DNA of 47,234 bases from Candidatus Babeliales bacterium. Its GTDB lineage: Bacteria; Babelota; Babeliae; Babelales; JABCYS01. Position 1 is the stretch's first letter; each line of letters opens with the position of its first letter. This document shows, in pieces, positions 10,500-19,406 of the stretch. A model generated the notes under the pieces. That model made no database searches, was not told the origin of the DNA, and saw nothing but the letters and a program-made list of their open reading frames with translations. The stretch is taken from the NCBI GenBank assembly GCA_016929235.1, contig JAFGJD010000010.1, positions 1 to 47,234 on the forward strand. Direction: 5' to 3'. The position numbers and the translations under genes are program-made.

Positions 10500-11219
10500 T
10501 TATCTAGAGTTCCTAAGATGGTTGATTAGTTGAGGATAATAGACATCATCTGAAAGCCAGCGCCGACTAAACAAAAACCATGGAAAACATTGAAGCTTGA
10601 TGAGTAAATTGGTCCAAGTAAATCCATGATAATCTCTGTGAGGCTCCCCAAATGCCTTAGCTTCAACTTTCTTCATCCAGCTAATCATATCATGCGTATT
10701 ATCAAGCACCGCTGCAGTCTCGGCAAAGAGCTTGCGACGTCGATAGCGAAAATATCCAGGAACAGCCGCACGAGAAATCGCAAATTTTGCCAAATCATTA
10801 CGACCTGGAGTCACTGCAAGTATAAAAATTTTTGACATGATTCCCGATAAAAAACCTATTAACCACACCTTGCCGAACCCAATACCCTTGATCGATGCAA
10901 TTAAAAGGTAACCAAATAGCGCACGCTTTTCTCGGTCATTGAACATCTTTATAAATTGTTCATGAACATCAACTCTTATGGCATGCTTATAAGACACAAC
11001 ACGTATACCGAGCGGACCAAGGCAATTCGTTCCCGTGTAAATAGTAAGGTCAATAGATCGATCATCAAATCCAAGTTCATTCCTGGTAGTCATAAAAAGG
11101 GCCAAAAGTTGATCTCGAGTCGTATCCACTGCTTCCGTACGCACTTCTACCTTCGCCAAAAGGACCGGGGAGAATATATATGTCGTAAGAACTACCAATG
11201 CCAACATGCTTTTTTTCAT
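10500..11219 (-). CDS. M48/HtpX-like membrane pseudopeptidase (no HExxH), signal peptide
   Basis: VHEQFIKMFNDREKRALFGYLL aligns with VSKYFFTKLPIPLQRFLIGHEL of the HExxH paralog at 33368; LFAETAAVLDNTHDMISWMKKV aligns with ADRMAAERLCNAQDGIAFIKIV; AAGGA RBS before ATG 11219. Confidence 0.55.
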   Translation of the reverse strand: MKKSMLALVVLTTYIFSPVLLAKVEVRTEAVDTTRDQLLALFMTTRNELGFDDRSIDLTIYTGTNCLGPLGIRVVSYKHAIRVDVHEQFIKMFNDREKRALFGYLLIASIKGIGFGKVWLIGFLSGIMSKIFILAVTPGRNDLAKFAISRAAVPGYFRYRRRKLFAETAAVLDNTHDMISWMKKVEAKAFGEPHRDYHGFTWTNLLIKLQCFPWFLFSRRWLSDDVYYPQLINHLRNSR

Positions 11220-11303
11220 ACTCAGATCCTTCACGGCTTGGAGAAAACAACTTAAGGTTGAGATACTACCTATAGAACAAAAATAATCAACTATTACACA
11301 GCT

Positions 11304-11900
11304 TTATTGAAGCAAATATGAAGCACAGACACCACATTCTCTGTTTCCACGCGCAAAGCAATCATCACAAATAAAGTGAGGGTAACGCTCCATATCTTGG
11401 GGCGTTCTTCCCTCAACCCACATCCGCCGCACCTGATTCCACTGAGCATTTTGTGGACATTCACACCAGTGCATTCCACCACGCTCAAAATGCACTGCGC
11501 AATACGGACAACGCTCACTGATTGCGTGGGTAAATGTTTTACCCTGTTGATGGCCACCTTTCGCGGTTATGGTTGTTGTTAGTCTAGGATGGCGACGAGG
11601 CTGTCCTGTAGACATTGCCTGGGGATAAACTTGAGCCACAGTCCCTTCACCACGCCCCCCTCTAGTAACCGCTGATGATTCATCAGCAACCATAAGCAAG
11701 TTCTCACGCTTTCTCCATAAGGCTGCTGCAGCAATACCCAATCCCGTCACGATGGTACCCAGCGTAGCTAGACGATATGATGAACGGCCATGGTTCTCCG
11801 TTGCATATCGTTCTTGATTCTGAGTTGTAATATCGCTATGTGCATCTAGTCCTGCACATGACATGAAACACAAAAGAATTCCTAGATAGTGTTTATACAT
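11304..11900 (-). CDS. Membrane-anchored protein with a C-terminal variant RING finger
   Basis: Signal-like N-term, TM LATLGTIVTGLGIAAAALW followed by RKR, then CPYC-x11-CEC-x26-H-x2-CDDC-x7-CGVC. Confidence 0.65.
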   Translation of the reverse strand: MYKHYLGILLCFMSCAGLDAHSDITTQNQERYATENHGRSSYRLATLGTIVTGLGIAAAALWRKRENLLMVADESSAVTRGGRGEGTVAQVYPQAMSTGQPRRHPRLTTTITAKGGHQQGKTFTHAISERCPYCAVHFERGGMHWCECPQNAQWNQVRRMWVEGRTPQDMERYPHFICDDCFARGNRECGVCASYLLQ

Positions 11901-11909
11901 GATTCATTC

Positions 11910-12611
11910 CTATTCACTATGTATTGTTGATTCTGGGTGTAGGTACTTGTACGAACTTTGTAGTGATTGTGCTCGTTGCGTCCATGAAGGCATTCGCCCA
12001 TAAAGCCCCGATAAAAGACGCGTCAAGAGCCAAGATTGATTTTTCCCTTCTTCCGCTAAAATTGCTCTTCTTGTTAGGTACGCCAAGTATGCAGGGACAT
12101 CTTGAATCTCCGCTGCGATTCTATAATCTCCATAACGAACCCTTGCTCGATTCATTGCACACACCAGTAGCGGCCACACCACAAACAAGAATTTTTTCTT
12201 TAAGCCATACCAATGTAAAAGTGGCAACACTAACAGCCCGCCTACTACAGACATCGTTGTTGATTGTCGAAGTTGTGTAAGCGCCAGCACAAGACATGTC
12301 CACTGTTCCTGAACACTATAGAGGTCCAATACAGAGGGGTTGACGACAAGCTTACTAGATCCAATCATGAAAAAGGGTTCATGTGGATCATGCCAACGTG
12401 CGCTTAACGCTGGAGATACATGCTCAAACTCTAGGTATTCAATATTGTGCTTCGTACACACATCTGCGACAAGATCACACACTTCCTGTGTAAGAGGCTC
12501 TTTATCACTGGAAAGCTCTATGATTATTTTTGAGGAAAAGAGATAGCTCGTGGCGTACACTCCAGAAGAATAAAGCAGTATGAAACTAATGATCTTTATA
12601 GCATATCTCAC
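11910..12611 (-). CDS. M48/HtpX-like membrane pseudopeptidase (no HExxH), signal peptide
   Basis: EPLTQEVCDLVADVCTK vs EKLTSEAEDLVTDVAQK; LVCAMNRARVRYGDYRIA vs LVCAYVSRSSEYKADRMA; GRMPSWTQRAQSL vs SHPTTRERIENL; GTG start. Confidence 0.7.
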   Translation of the reverse strand: MRYAIKIISFILLYSSGVYATSYLFSSKIIIELSSDKEPLTQEVCDLVADVCTKHNIEYLEFEHVSPALSARWHDPHEPFFMIGSSKLVVNPSVLDLYSVQEQWTCLVLALTQLRQSTTMSVVGGLLVLPLLHWYGLKKKFLFVVWPLLVCAMNRARVRYGDYRIAAEIQDVPAYLAYLTRRAILAEEGKNQSWLLTRLLSGLYGRMPSWTQRAQSLQSSYKYLHPESTIHSE

Positions 12612-12615
12612 AAAC

Positions 12616-13818
12616 CTACACCCCTTCTCTACAGAATGGACATTGGTGACGCGCTGCTATGGCGGGAGCACAGGTGTGACAGACAACATGGGCATCGCCG
12701 CCTTGTTCTGGCCTGTGTATTACATGGAAATCGCTTGCGTTATCATACGTGTTCGCACAAAGAATACACTCCAGAGTAGTACCTTCTCCTCGTAGTCTCT
12801 GAAAGTCAGCCTCTGCCAAAACTTGAAAGCCATGATCGGTTCTTCGTGGAGCCGCTACCGTATCTCTCTCGGTGGAAATCATCCCCTCGAATATTCTTGC
12901 AATAGGATCTTGCGCTTCGCGGTTCTGCCTACCCACATCATCTTGCTCAGCCCTCCTGATAAGATCCTGAGCATCATGAAACTCTACGCCTCTTCGTGTT
13001 AATTCACCTAAAATTTCTGCTAGTCTATTACCTTCGTTATCCAGATCGGGATGTAAAATCAACTTTCTAATATCTCGCCTACTCATATTTACCGCTTGAT
13101 ATACTTGCTCTAATCCTTGCATTGTACGAATCCGACGCGTTGCCCGATCCTGCGCTTGTGTCAAACGTACCTGTTCTGCTTCAGAAAGCTGTGCAGGCCC
13201 AGCCGGCAGTACAGGTGCTTGTGCTGCAATGTCCTGTTCAGCCGCCGCTTCTAATGTATGCATGAAAATGGCCATCAAAAACTCATTCGGTTGCCCTTCT
13301 AATACGACACGATCGGCTCTTACCCTAGCACCAGCTAATGCACGCCCAAACAGCTCCAAGTCACGCCATGCCGACGGTAACGCATCTTCCGGCTCAAATT
13401 GCTGCATCGCTAGTTCATCTGACAAATCTGTATCTTCTATATCTGATGGACCTGATTCACTGTCCGCTGCTCGTTCACCTCCTGATCCTGGGGCTACACG
13501 AGAAGCTGGAGCCAGAAGCCTATCTTGATGCCGCTCACTATCTTGTCTTACCCGCGTACTATCGCATCTTTTAGACATTAATGAGCATATACTCAAAACA
13601 CCACCTATAAGGAGAATATCAGTTAATCCCTCACGACATGCCATTACCCAACGCAACAATTTCCAATTATTCTGCACCCCAACATCAGATACTTGCGCAG
13701 TAGCGGCAGCTTCCTGAAGCACTACGATATCTTGTTTAGACACAACGTCCCTGGCTGCTGCGCAAGCAATCCCTAAAGTCGCGAGCACAAAGAAAATAAA
13801 ACGAGACACGAAAGTCAT
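12616..13818 (-). CDS. Membrane-anchored protein with a C-terminal C2H2C4 (MDM2-like) RING finger
   Basis: Signal peptide, hydrophobic ILLIGGVLSICSLM, acidic/low-complexity linker, CILC-x13-H-x8-H-x2-CHTC-x9-CPFCR at the extreme C-terminus. Confidence 0.78.
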   Translation of the reverse strand: MTFVSRFIFFVLATLGIACAAARDVVSKQDIVVLQEAAATAQVSDVGVQNNWKLLRWVMACREGLTDILLIGGVLSICSLMSKRCDSTRVRQDSERHQDRLLAPASRVAPGSGGERAADSESGPSDIEDTDLSDELAMQQFEPEDALPSAWRDLELFGRALAGARVRADRVVLEGQPNEFLMAIFMHTLEAAAEQDIAAQAPVLPAGPAQLSEAEQVRLTQAQDRATRRIRTMQGLEQVYQAVNMSRRDIRKLILHPDLDNEGNRLAEILGELTRRGVEFHDAQDLIRRAEQDDVGRQNREAQDPIARIFEGMISTERDTVAAPRRTDHGFQVLAEADFQRLRGEGTTLECILCANTYDNASDFHVIHRPEQGGDAHVVCHTCAPAIAARHQCPFCREGV

Positions 13819-13866
13819 ATAACAACCACCCTGATGATTTACGCCAAAAAAATAAGACTTTTGCCC

Positions 13867-13896
13867 AGTATAAAGGAAAAATCGCCATTCCGGAAA
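13867..13896 (-). promoter_or_regulatory. Candidate sigma70 promoter of the RING/pseudopeptidase cluster
   Basis: TATACT -10 (13872-13867) about 50 bp upstream of ATG 13818; weak -35 (TTCCGG/TTTCCG). Confidence 0.35.
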
Positions 13897-14257
13897 TACG
13901 AAACTGACATTAGACTACGAACCTCGCAAGCTCCCCCTACTACCCTTCTTGATGCAAGGACTGGTAAGAGAACGTTGCAATGACTCAACAATATCATCAA
14001 GCGGCGGACTAATGTGGTATAAACGCCATATCCGCCTAGGCTAGACGTTCATCATGTGCCACAGAGCACATAACATCTGAAAATATCCCAAGGGACAAAA
14101 TCATTAACAGGAAAATCATACTACGACTTTCAACAACAAATTTTACGAGCAAATCCATTATACAAGGGGAAAGCAACGATTGCTAACAGTAGGATCCTCT
14201 GATACGATAAACGACATTCTGGCATCCGACGACCACCCTTAATACTATGGAAAACTT

Positions 14258-15292
14258 ATGGCGTCTTTAAAGCATGATATAGAAACAACACACAAGGAGT
14301 TTTCGAGAGCCCTTGATCAAGCAACCACACTAGAAGCGCTTGAACAAATCCGTATCACCTTTTTGGGCCGGAATGGATCAATCGCAAATATCATGGCCAT
14401 CTTCAAGCAGCTTCCCATCGAAGAGAAGCGCGCCTACGGCCCGCTACTACAAGAGCTTAAGAAAAAGACTCAAGAACTTTTTGACGCCAAGAAGATCACC
14501 CTAGAATCACAAGCGCATGCATATGAGGAAAAGCTTACACAGCAATTCGATGTAACCGCATACAAATCAGAGCCATCAGCAGGAACACTACATCCGTATT
14601 CCAGTATTCTCGAAGAAATCGAAAACGTTTTTATCTCAATGGGGTTCACGGTTACCGAAGGTCCCGAAGTAGAAACTGATTATCGAAACTTTGAAGCACT
14701 CAACATCCCGAAAGATCATCCAGCTCGCGATATGCAAGATACATTCTGGATCGATGTACCTGGACTACTAATGCGTACACATACATCTACAGTTCAAATA
14801 AAAACAATGGAATCGCAGCAGCCACCGATTGCTATCCTTGCATCGGGACGCGTGTATCGACACGAAGCAACTGATGCATCACACGACTATATGTTTGTAC
14901 AAACAGAAGGTCTTGTCGTTGATAAAAACATCTCAGTAGCGAACTTGTTTGCAACCACAGAAACATTCTTACAAGCAATCTTTAGAAACAAAAGCATCAA
15001 GACTCGTGTGCGGCCAGGATACTTTCCATTCGTAGAACCAGGGATTGAAATTGATATGTCCTGCCCATTCTGCACAACCGGATGTTCCGTCTGTAAAAAA
15101 ACGACTTGGATCGAAGCAGTTGGCGCAGGATTAGTACATCCCAATGTATTGCGTATGAGTGGTATTGATCCTGATGTGTACTCTGGATTTGCATTTGGAT
15201 TCGGAACTATTCGACTTACTATGTTACGACATGGCATCAATGACATTCGATTACTTCATTCCAACAAGCTCGATTTCTTACGCCAGTTTTGA
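14258..15292 (+). CDS. pheS: Phenylalanine--tRNA ligase alpha subunit
   Basis: NFEALNIPKDHPARDMQDTF, MRTHTS, GRVYR, YFPFVEP, GFAFGFG. Confidence 0.97.
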   Translation: MASLKHDIETTHKEFSRALDQATTLEALEQIRITFLGRNGSIANIMAIFKQLPIEEKRAYGPLLQELKKKTQELFDAKKITLESQAHAYEEKLTQQFDVTAYKSEPSAGTLHPYSSILEEIENVFISMGFTVTEGPEVETDYRNFEALNIPKDHPARDMQDTFWIDVPGLLMRTHTSTVQIKTMESQQPPIAILASGRVYRHEATDASHDYMFVQTEGLVVDKNISVANLFATTETFLQAIFRNKSIKTRVRPGYFPFVEPGIEIDMSCPFCTTGCSVCKKTTWIEAVGAGLVHPNVLRMSGIDPDVYSGFAFGFGTIRLTMLRHGINDIRLLHSNKLDFLRQF

Positions 15293-15362
15293 CTTCGCGA
15301 CCTAGGTTCGATAGTCTGTCAAACGTTCATCTGAGTTGCGCATCATCTAAAGGAGTATGATG

Positions 15363-16280
15363 ATGGAAATTACCAAGGCAATTATACCTGCTGCTGGTCT
15401 TGGAACTCGTTTTCTTCCGTATACAAAAGCAATCCCAAAAGAGATGCTACCGCTTCTCGACCGTCCCGCCTTGCAATGGATCGTCGAGGAAGGTGTCGCA
15501 TCGGATATCAAAAACTTTCTTATAATCACATCAAAAGGCAAGGAATCACTTGCGGACCACTTTGATGGTTCACACGAACTTGAACTAATTCTCAAAGAAC
15601 GCGGCAAAGAAAGCTTTCTTTCTTCCTTGAGTAGCATCAATCGAAATGCACAGTTTTCTTATATTCGCCAACAAGATCCACTCGGACTCGGTCATGCCGT
15701 CAGCCTTGCACGGCATGCAATTGGCAAAGAATATTTTGGTGTCTTTTTGCCAGACGATATCATTATTGGCAGGCAACCAGGACTTGCGCAATTGATTCGT
15801 ATCGCTCGTCAAGAAAAAGGCTCCGTTATTGCAGTGCAAGAAGTCCCAGCAGATTGTGTCTCATCATACGGCATCGTTGCGGTAAAAAAACAAATCACTC
15901 CACATTTATATCAAGCATCACATCTGGTTGAAAAACCAGCCAAAAAGGATGCTCCTTCAAATCTTGCCATCATCGGTCGGTATGTACTTTCACATAAAGT
16001 GTTCAACTCTCTCGACGAGATCACTCCGTACGCAGTTGGAGAAATTCAGCTCACCGATGCTATTAGTCACATGATGAAAAACAACGAGAAAGTATTTGCA
16101 TACAAAGTCCAAGGAACACGCTACGATATCGGAAATCCGCTCGGCTGGCTTAAGGCAACGATTGGAATTTCTCTCCAAGACGAATTCTATGGACCACACA
16201 TCAAAAAATACCTGAAGGATCTTGATACGATTAATTCGTTCATCTATGACCCAACTAAACATATCGAACACACGCTCTAG
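15363..16280 (+). CDS. galU: UTP--glucose-1-phosphate uridylyltransferase
   Basis: KAIIPAAGLGTRFLPYTKAIPKEMLP, GLGHAV, LPDD, VEKP, GEIQLTDAI; AAGGAG RBS before an ATG triplet run (15357/15360/15363). Confidence 0.95.
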   Translation: MEITKAIIPAAGLGTRFLPYTKAIPKEMLPLLDRPALQWIVEEGVASDIKNFLIITSKGKESLADHFDGSHELELILKERGKESFLSSLSSINRNAQFSYIRQQDPLGLGHAVSLARHAIGKEYFGVFLPDDIIIGRQPGLAQLIRIARQEKGSVIAVQEVPADCVSSYGIVAVKKQITPHLYQASHLVEKPAKKDAPSNLAIIGRYVLSHKVFNSLDEITPYAVGEIQLTDAISHMMKNNEKVFAYKVQGTRYDIGNPLGWLKATIGISLQDEFYGPHIKKYLKDLDTINSFIYDPTKHIEHTL

Positions 16281-16418
16281 ATCAACCCTGGACCAATAAA
16301 CCCGCTAGTCGCCTAGGCCTTTTGGTGGTTTACCATTAATTCATTGCTATTAGAAAACATCTATTCGTATCATTAAGAGTGAGCCCAGTAAAACATCATG
16401 TTATGAGGGGACCAGGGA

Positions 16419-16682
16419 ATGAAGTACGGGAAATGCTTGAGTCTAGGACTCGTTATTACCTTTATTAGCGGTATAATTGGATGCCCAACCTGTGTTGGTC
16501 TCATTGATCCAGAAGCTCCCGAGCTCTTCAGCCAAGAATTCTATGAAACGCACTCAAGAACAGTGGTTTCCTTAATACAGAATAAGCTGCTAGCCAAAGA
16601 AGGAGAGTGGGATGAAAGCACAGAAGAAGCATCTTTTGATGACAGTGATGCTCACGGCGATCATAATACAACCAAGGATTAA
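16419..16682 (+). CDS. Small hypothetical protein with N-terminal hydrophobic segment, CPTC motif and acidic tail
   Basis: 87-aa ORF with G-rich RBS region; LSLGLVITFISGIIGCPTC. Confidence 0.55.
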   Translation: MKYGKCLSLGLVITFISGIIGCPTCVGLIDPEAPELFSQEFYETHSRTVVSLIQNKLLAKEGEWDESTEEASFDDSDAHGDHNTTKD

Positions 16683-17013
16683 TGGTGCTATTGGCTGTAT
16701 CGATACAAGTTTCCATACCAAAAAAGTTGCCAAGAACTATTACGAGCAGCTTGAACCAAGCTTACGTTCTGGTGTAACAGTTTTAGAAAATCTTGATGCA
16801 TATCCAACCGACTTTAAAGAACCACACCCAGTCTGGTGCACCTGTCCATGTGAACAGTACAAAAAAACATCCAAATCGGGACGCTGCACCAAGTGTCTAC
16901 ATTTTGGCAGAATCGATCGCACATCTCTTCAGAACAACAAAGAGGAAAGCTCTCTACATTTTCCACTTTTATCTGCAATCGTTAAACGAAGAGAAATACA
17001 ACAAAAGCATTAA
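16612..17013 (+). CDS. Hypothetical exported Cys-rich protein (CxCxC...CxxCxH)
   Basis: AGGAG RBS 6 nt before ATG, signal-like N-term, WCTCPC...GRCTKCLH. Confidence 0.6.
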   Translation: MKAQKKHLLMTVMLTAIIIQPRINGAIGCIDTSFHTKKVAKNYYEQLEPSLRSGVTVLENLDAYPTDFKEPHPVWCTCPCEQYKKTSKSGRCTKCLHFGRIDRTSLQNNKEESSLHFPLLSAIVKRREIQQKH

Positions 17014-19391
17014 TATTTCTTGAGTAAAAAAGTTAGCACAGCATCGGGATTGAGTGATAGTGAATCAATTCCCCACTTGATTAAATTTCGTGCTATCTCA
17101 GGATGATCAGAAGGCGCCTGTCCACAAATGCCAATGTACGATTTACTTTGTTTTGCTGTGGCAATCGCTTGCTCCATAAGCGCAAGGACTGCGGTATTAT
17201 TTTCATCGTCAATGTTCGCAACCAATTCAGAATCACGATCAATGCCAAGCGTTAATTGCGTAAGATCATTAGAACCAATCGAAAATCCATCAAACAATCG
17301 CACATACTCCTTGAGATCGTGCACATTGGCAGGCAGCTCACACATCATAAAGATCTTCTGTATCTTACTTCGTTCGAGCCCCTGAGCTGCAATGATTTTG
17401 AGCACTTCTCGTGCTTCTTTGACAGTCCGCACAAAGGGAACCATGACATGCACGTTATCAAATCCCATAACCTCACGCACACGCCTCATCGCCGCACATT
17501 CAAGTACAAATGCATCCTTGTATAAAGGACTATAATATCGTGATGCACCGCGCAGCCCCAACATTGGATTTGCTTCAATCGGCTCAAAAAATTCACCACC
17601 AATTAAATTGCGATACTCATTACTCTTGAAATCAGAAAACCGAACCAAGACAGGCCTAGGATAAAAAGCGGCTGCAATAGTGCCAACCTCTTGTGATAGC
17701 CGCTCAATAAAATATGCTTTACCACTCGTGTATGGCGCTGTAAGAGTATTAATTTTTTTACGGGTTACCACATCCATCTTGCTGATATTCAGTAATGCCA
17801 TTGGATGCACTTTAATTCCGTCGGTAATGATAAATTCAATACGAGCCAATCCAACACCGGCTACCGGCAACGAAGACAGTGCATACGCGCGATCTGGCAC
17901 CCCAAGATTAATCATGATATCAACAGGCGGTTTTTTAAGCTTCTTGATGGCAATTTGTTTTTTTATGAACTTCACAGCACCCTGATACACGTACCCTGTT
18001 TTACCCTGACTACAATCAACCGTAACTTTTTTTGCTTGTTTAAGTTTCTGTAGTGCACCTTCAACGCCAACAAGCGCAGGTATCCCCAACTCACGACTAA
18101 CAATCGCCGCATGACACGTTGCGCCTCCGCTTTCAGTAATGATTGCAGCTGCTTTTTTCATGACAGGAACCCAATCTGGATCAGTCATGCGAGTAACAAT
18201 AATGTCGCCCTGTTTAACTATGTGCATCTGTTTGCTGCTGCGTATCACTCGAGAAGTGCCAGTCGCAATTCCCTGTCCTATACTTGTACCATGCGCTAAT
18301 ATACGAGGTTGCTTACTCTCAAGCTCATATCGCGTATAGGTTACGTCTTTCTTGTTTTGACTATGAATCGTCTCAGGTCGAGCCTGGAGAATATATAATT
18401 TTCCATCTCTTCCGTCTTGCGCCCATTCAATATCCATAGGCATCCAACGCTTATATGCTTCCGTATAACTTTTTTCAATTACTATAGCGTATTCTGCTAG
18501 TTGTAAGATCTGCGTATCGGTAAGACAAAATGCTTGCTGTTTTTGCCGTGATACTGCTACAGGCTTAATCGTTGTAAATCCTCTACGATTCGCATACACA
18601 TATTTTTTTGTTTTTGCACCTAATTTCTTTTTCACAATAGGTTGCTTCTTTTGTACAAGCATTGGTTTGTAGACACAATATTCATCGGGAATAATTTTCC
18701 CCTGAACTAACATTTCTCCAAGTCCATAGGTCGCATCAATAAGAACACTATCTTTAAATCCGCTCTCAGTATCAATCGAAAACATGACTCCAGATGTCGC
18801 CAAATCCGCACGCACCATCTTCTGTATACCCACAGAAATAGCCATACTAAAATGGTCAAAGCCTTTTTCTAGACGATAAACAATTGCACGATCAGTAAAA
18901 AGCGAGGCCATACTTTTTTTACATGCATGAATCACATGTTCAGCACCAGTCACATTCAAAAACGTTTCTTGTTGTCCCGCAAATGATGCTTCGGGAGAGT
19001 CTTCTGCTGTCGCTGAAGATCGTACTGCAACATCGCACTCCTTCATATGATATTGCTTGCACAATGCATGATATGCATCCGTGATCTCTTGCTCTAAATC
19101 CTCTGGGAACATCACCTGTTCAATGAGACGGCGAGCCTTTTTACCTGCAATTCTGACCGCCGATACATTATGTGATGATGCGAGGGGTTTCATGGTGCTT
19201 TGAAGCTGCTCAAGTATTTTATTGTGTTCTATCACATACCAATACGCATCTGCAGTAAGTGCAAATCCATGCGGAACCAACACCCCCTCGCGAGAGAGAG
19301 TTTGGATCATGTACCCCAGCGATGCATTTTTACCACCAACCTTTTTGACATCTTTTAGTGAAATCTGGTCCAATGGTTTTACATAGTTCAT
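17010..19391 (-). CDS. ppsA: Phosphoenolpyruvate synthase (pyruvate, water dikinase)
   Basis: VGGKNASLG, AVRSSATAED, ASFAGQQET, DIEWA, QARPET, TCHAAIVSRE phospho-His, SIGSNDLTQ, GICGQAPSD. Confidence 0.97.
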   Translation of the reverse strand: MNYVKPLDQISLKDVKKVGGKNASLGYMIQTLSREGVLVPHGFALTADAYWYVIEHNKILEQLQSTMKPLASSHNVSAVRIAGKKARRLIEQVMFPEDLEQEITDAYHALCKQYHMKECDVAVRSSATAEDSPEASFAGQQETFLNVTGAEHVIHACKKSMASLFTDRAIVYRLEKGFDHFSMAISVGIQKMVRADLATSGVMFSIDTESGFKDSVLIDATYGLGEMLVQGKIIPDEYCVYKPMLVQKKQPIVKKKLGAKTKKYVYANRRGFTTIKPVAVSRQKQQAFCLTDTQILQLAEYAIVIEKSYTEAYKRWMPMDIEWAQDGRDGKLYILQARPETIHSQNKKDVTYTRYELESKQPRILAHGTSIGQGIATGTSRVIRSSKQMHIVKQGDIIVTRMTDPDWVPVMKKAAAIITESGGATCHAAIVSRELGIPALVGVEGALQKLKQAKKVTVDCSQGKTGYVYQGAVKFIKKQIAIKKLKKPPVDIMINLGVPDRAYALSSLPVAGVGLARIEFIITDGIKVHPMALLNISKMDVVTRKKINTLTAPYTSGKAYFIERLSQEVGTIAAAFYPRPVLVRFSDFKSNEYRNLIGGEFFEPIEANPMLGLRGASRYYSPLYKDAFVLECAAMRRVREVMGFDNVHVMVPFVRTVKEAREVLKIIAAQGLERSKIQKIFMMCELPANVHDLKEYVRLFDGFSIGSNDLTQLTLGIDRDSELVANIDDENNTAVLALMEQAIATAKQSKSYIGICGQAPSDHPEIARNLIKWGIDSLSLNPDAVLTFLLKKY

Positions 19392-19406
19392 AACTATTCC
19401 CCATCG

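Noticed and set aside
10184..10507. 107-aa plus-strand ORF
   Set aside because: Reads through the antisense of tRNA-Phe (MVPGVGIEPTT is a typical tRNA shadow)
13819..14257. T-box or attenuator leader for pheS
   Set aside because: No T-box consensus, antiterminator/terminator pair or Phe-rich leader peptide recognised
15059..15094. CPFC-x3-CSVC motif in PheS
   Set aside because: A common insertion in many bacterial PheS proteins, not novel
14035..16318. CCTAGG palindromes in several intergenic gaps (approx. 14035, 15301, 16312; also 3394)
   Set aside because: The hexamer also occurs inside genes and the flanks are not conserved; cannot be distinguished from chance without statistics
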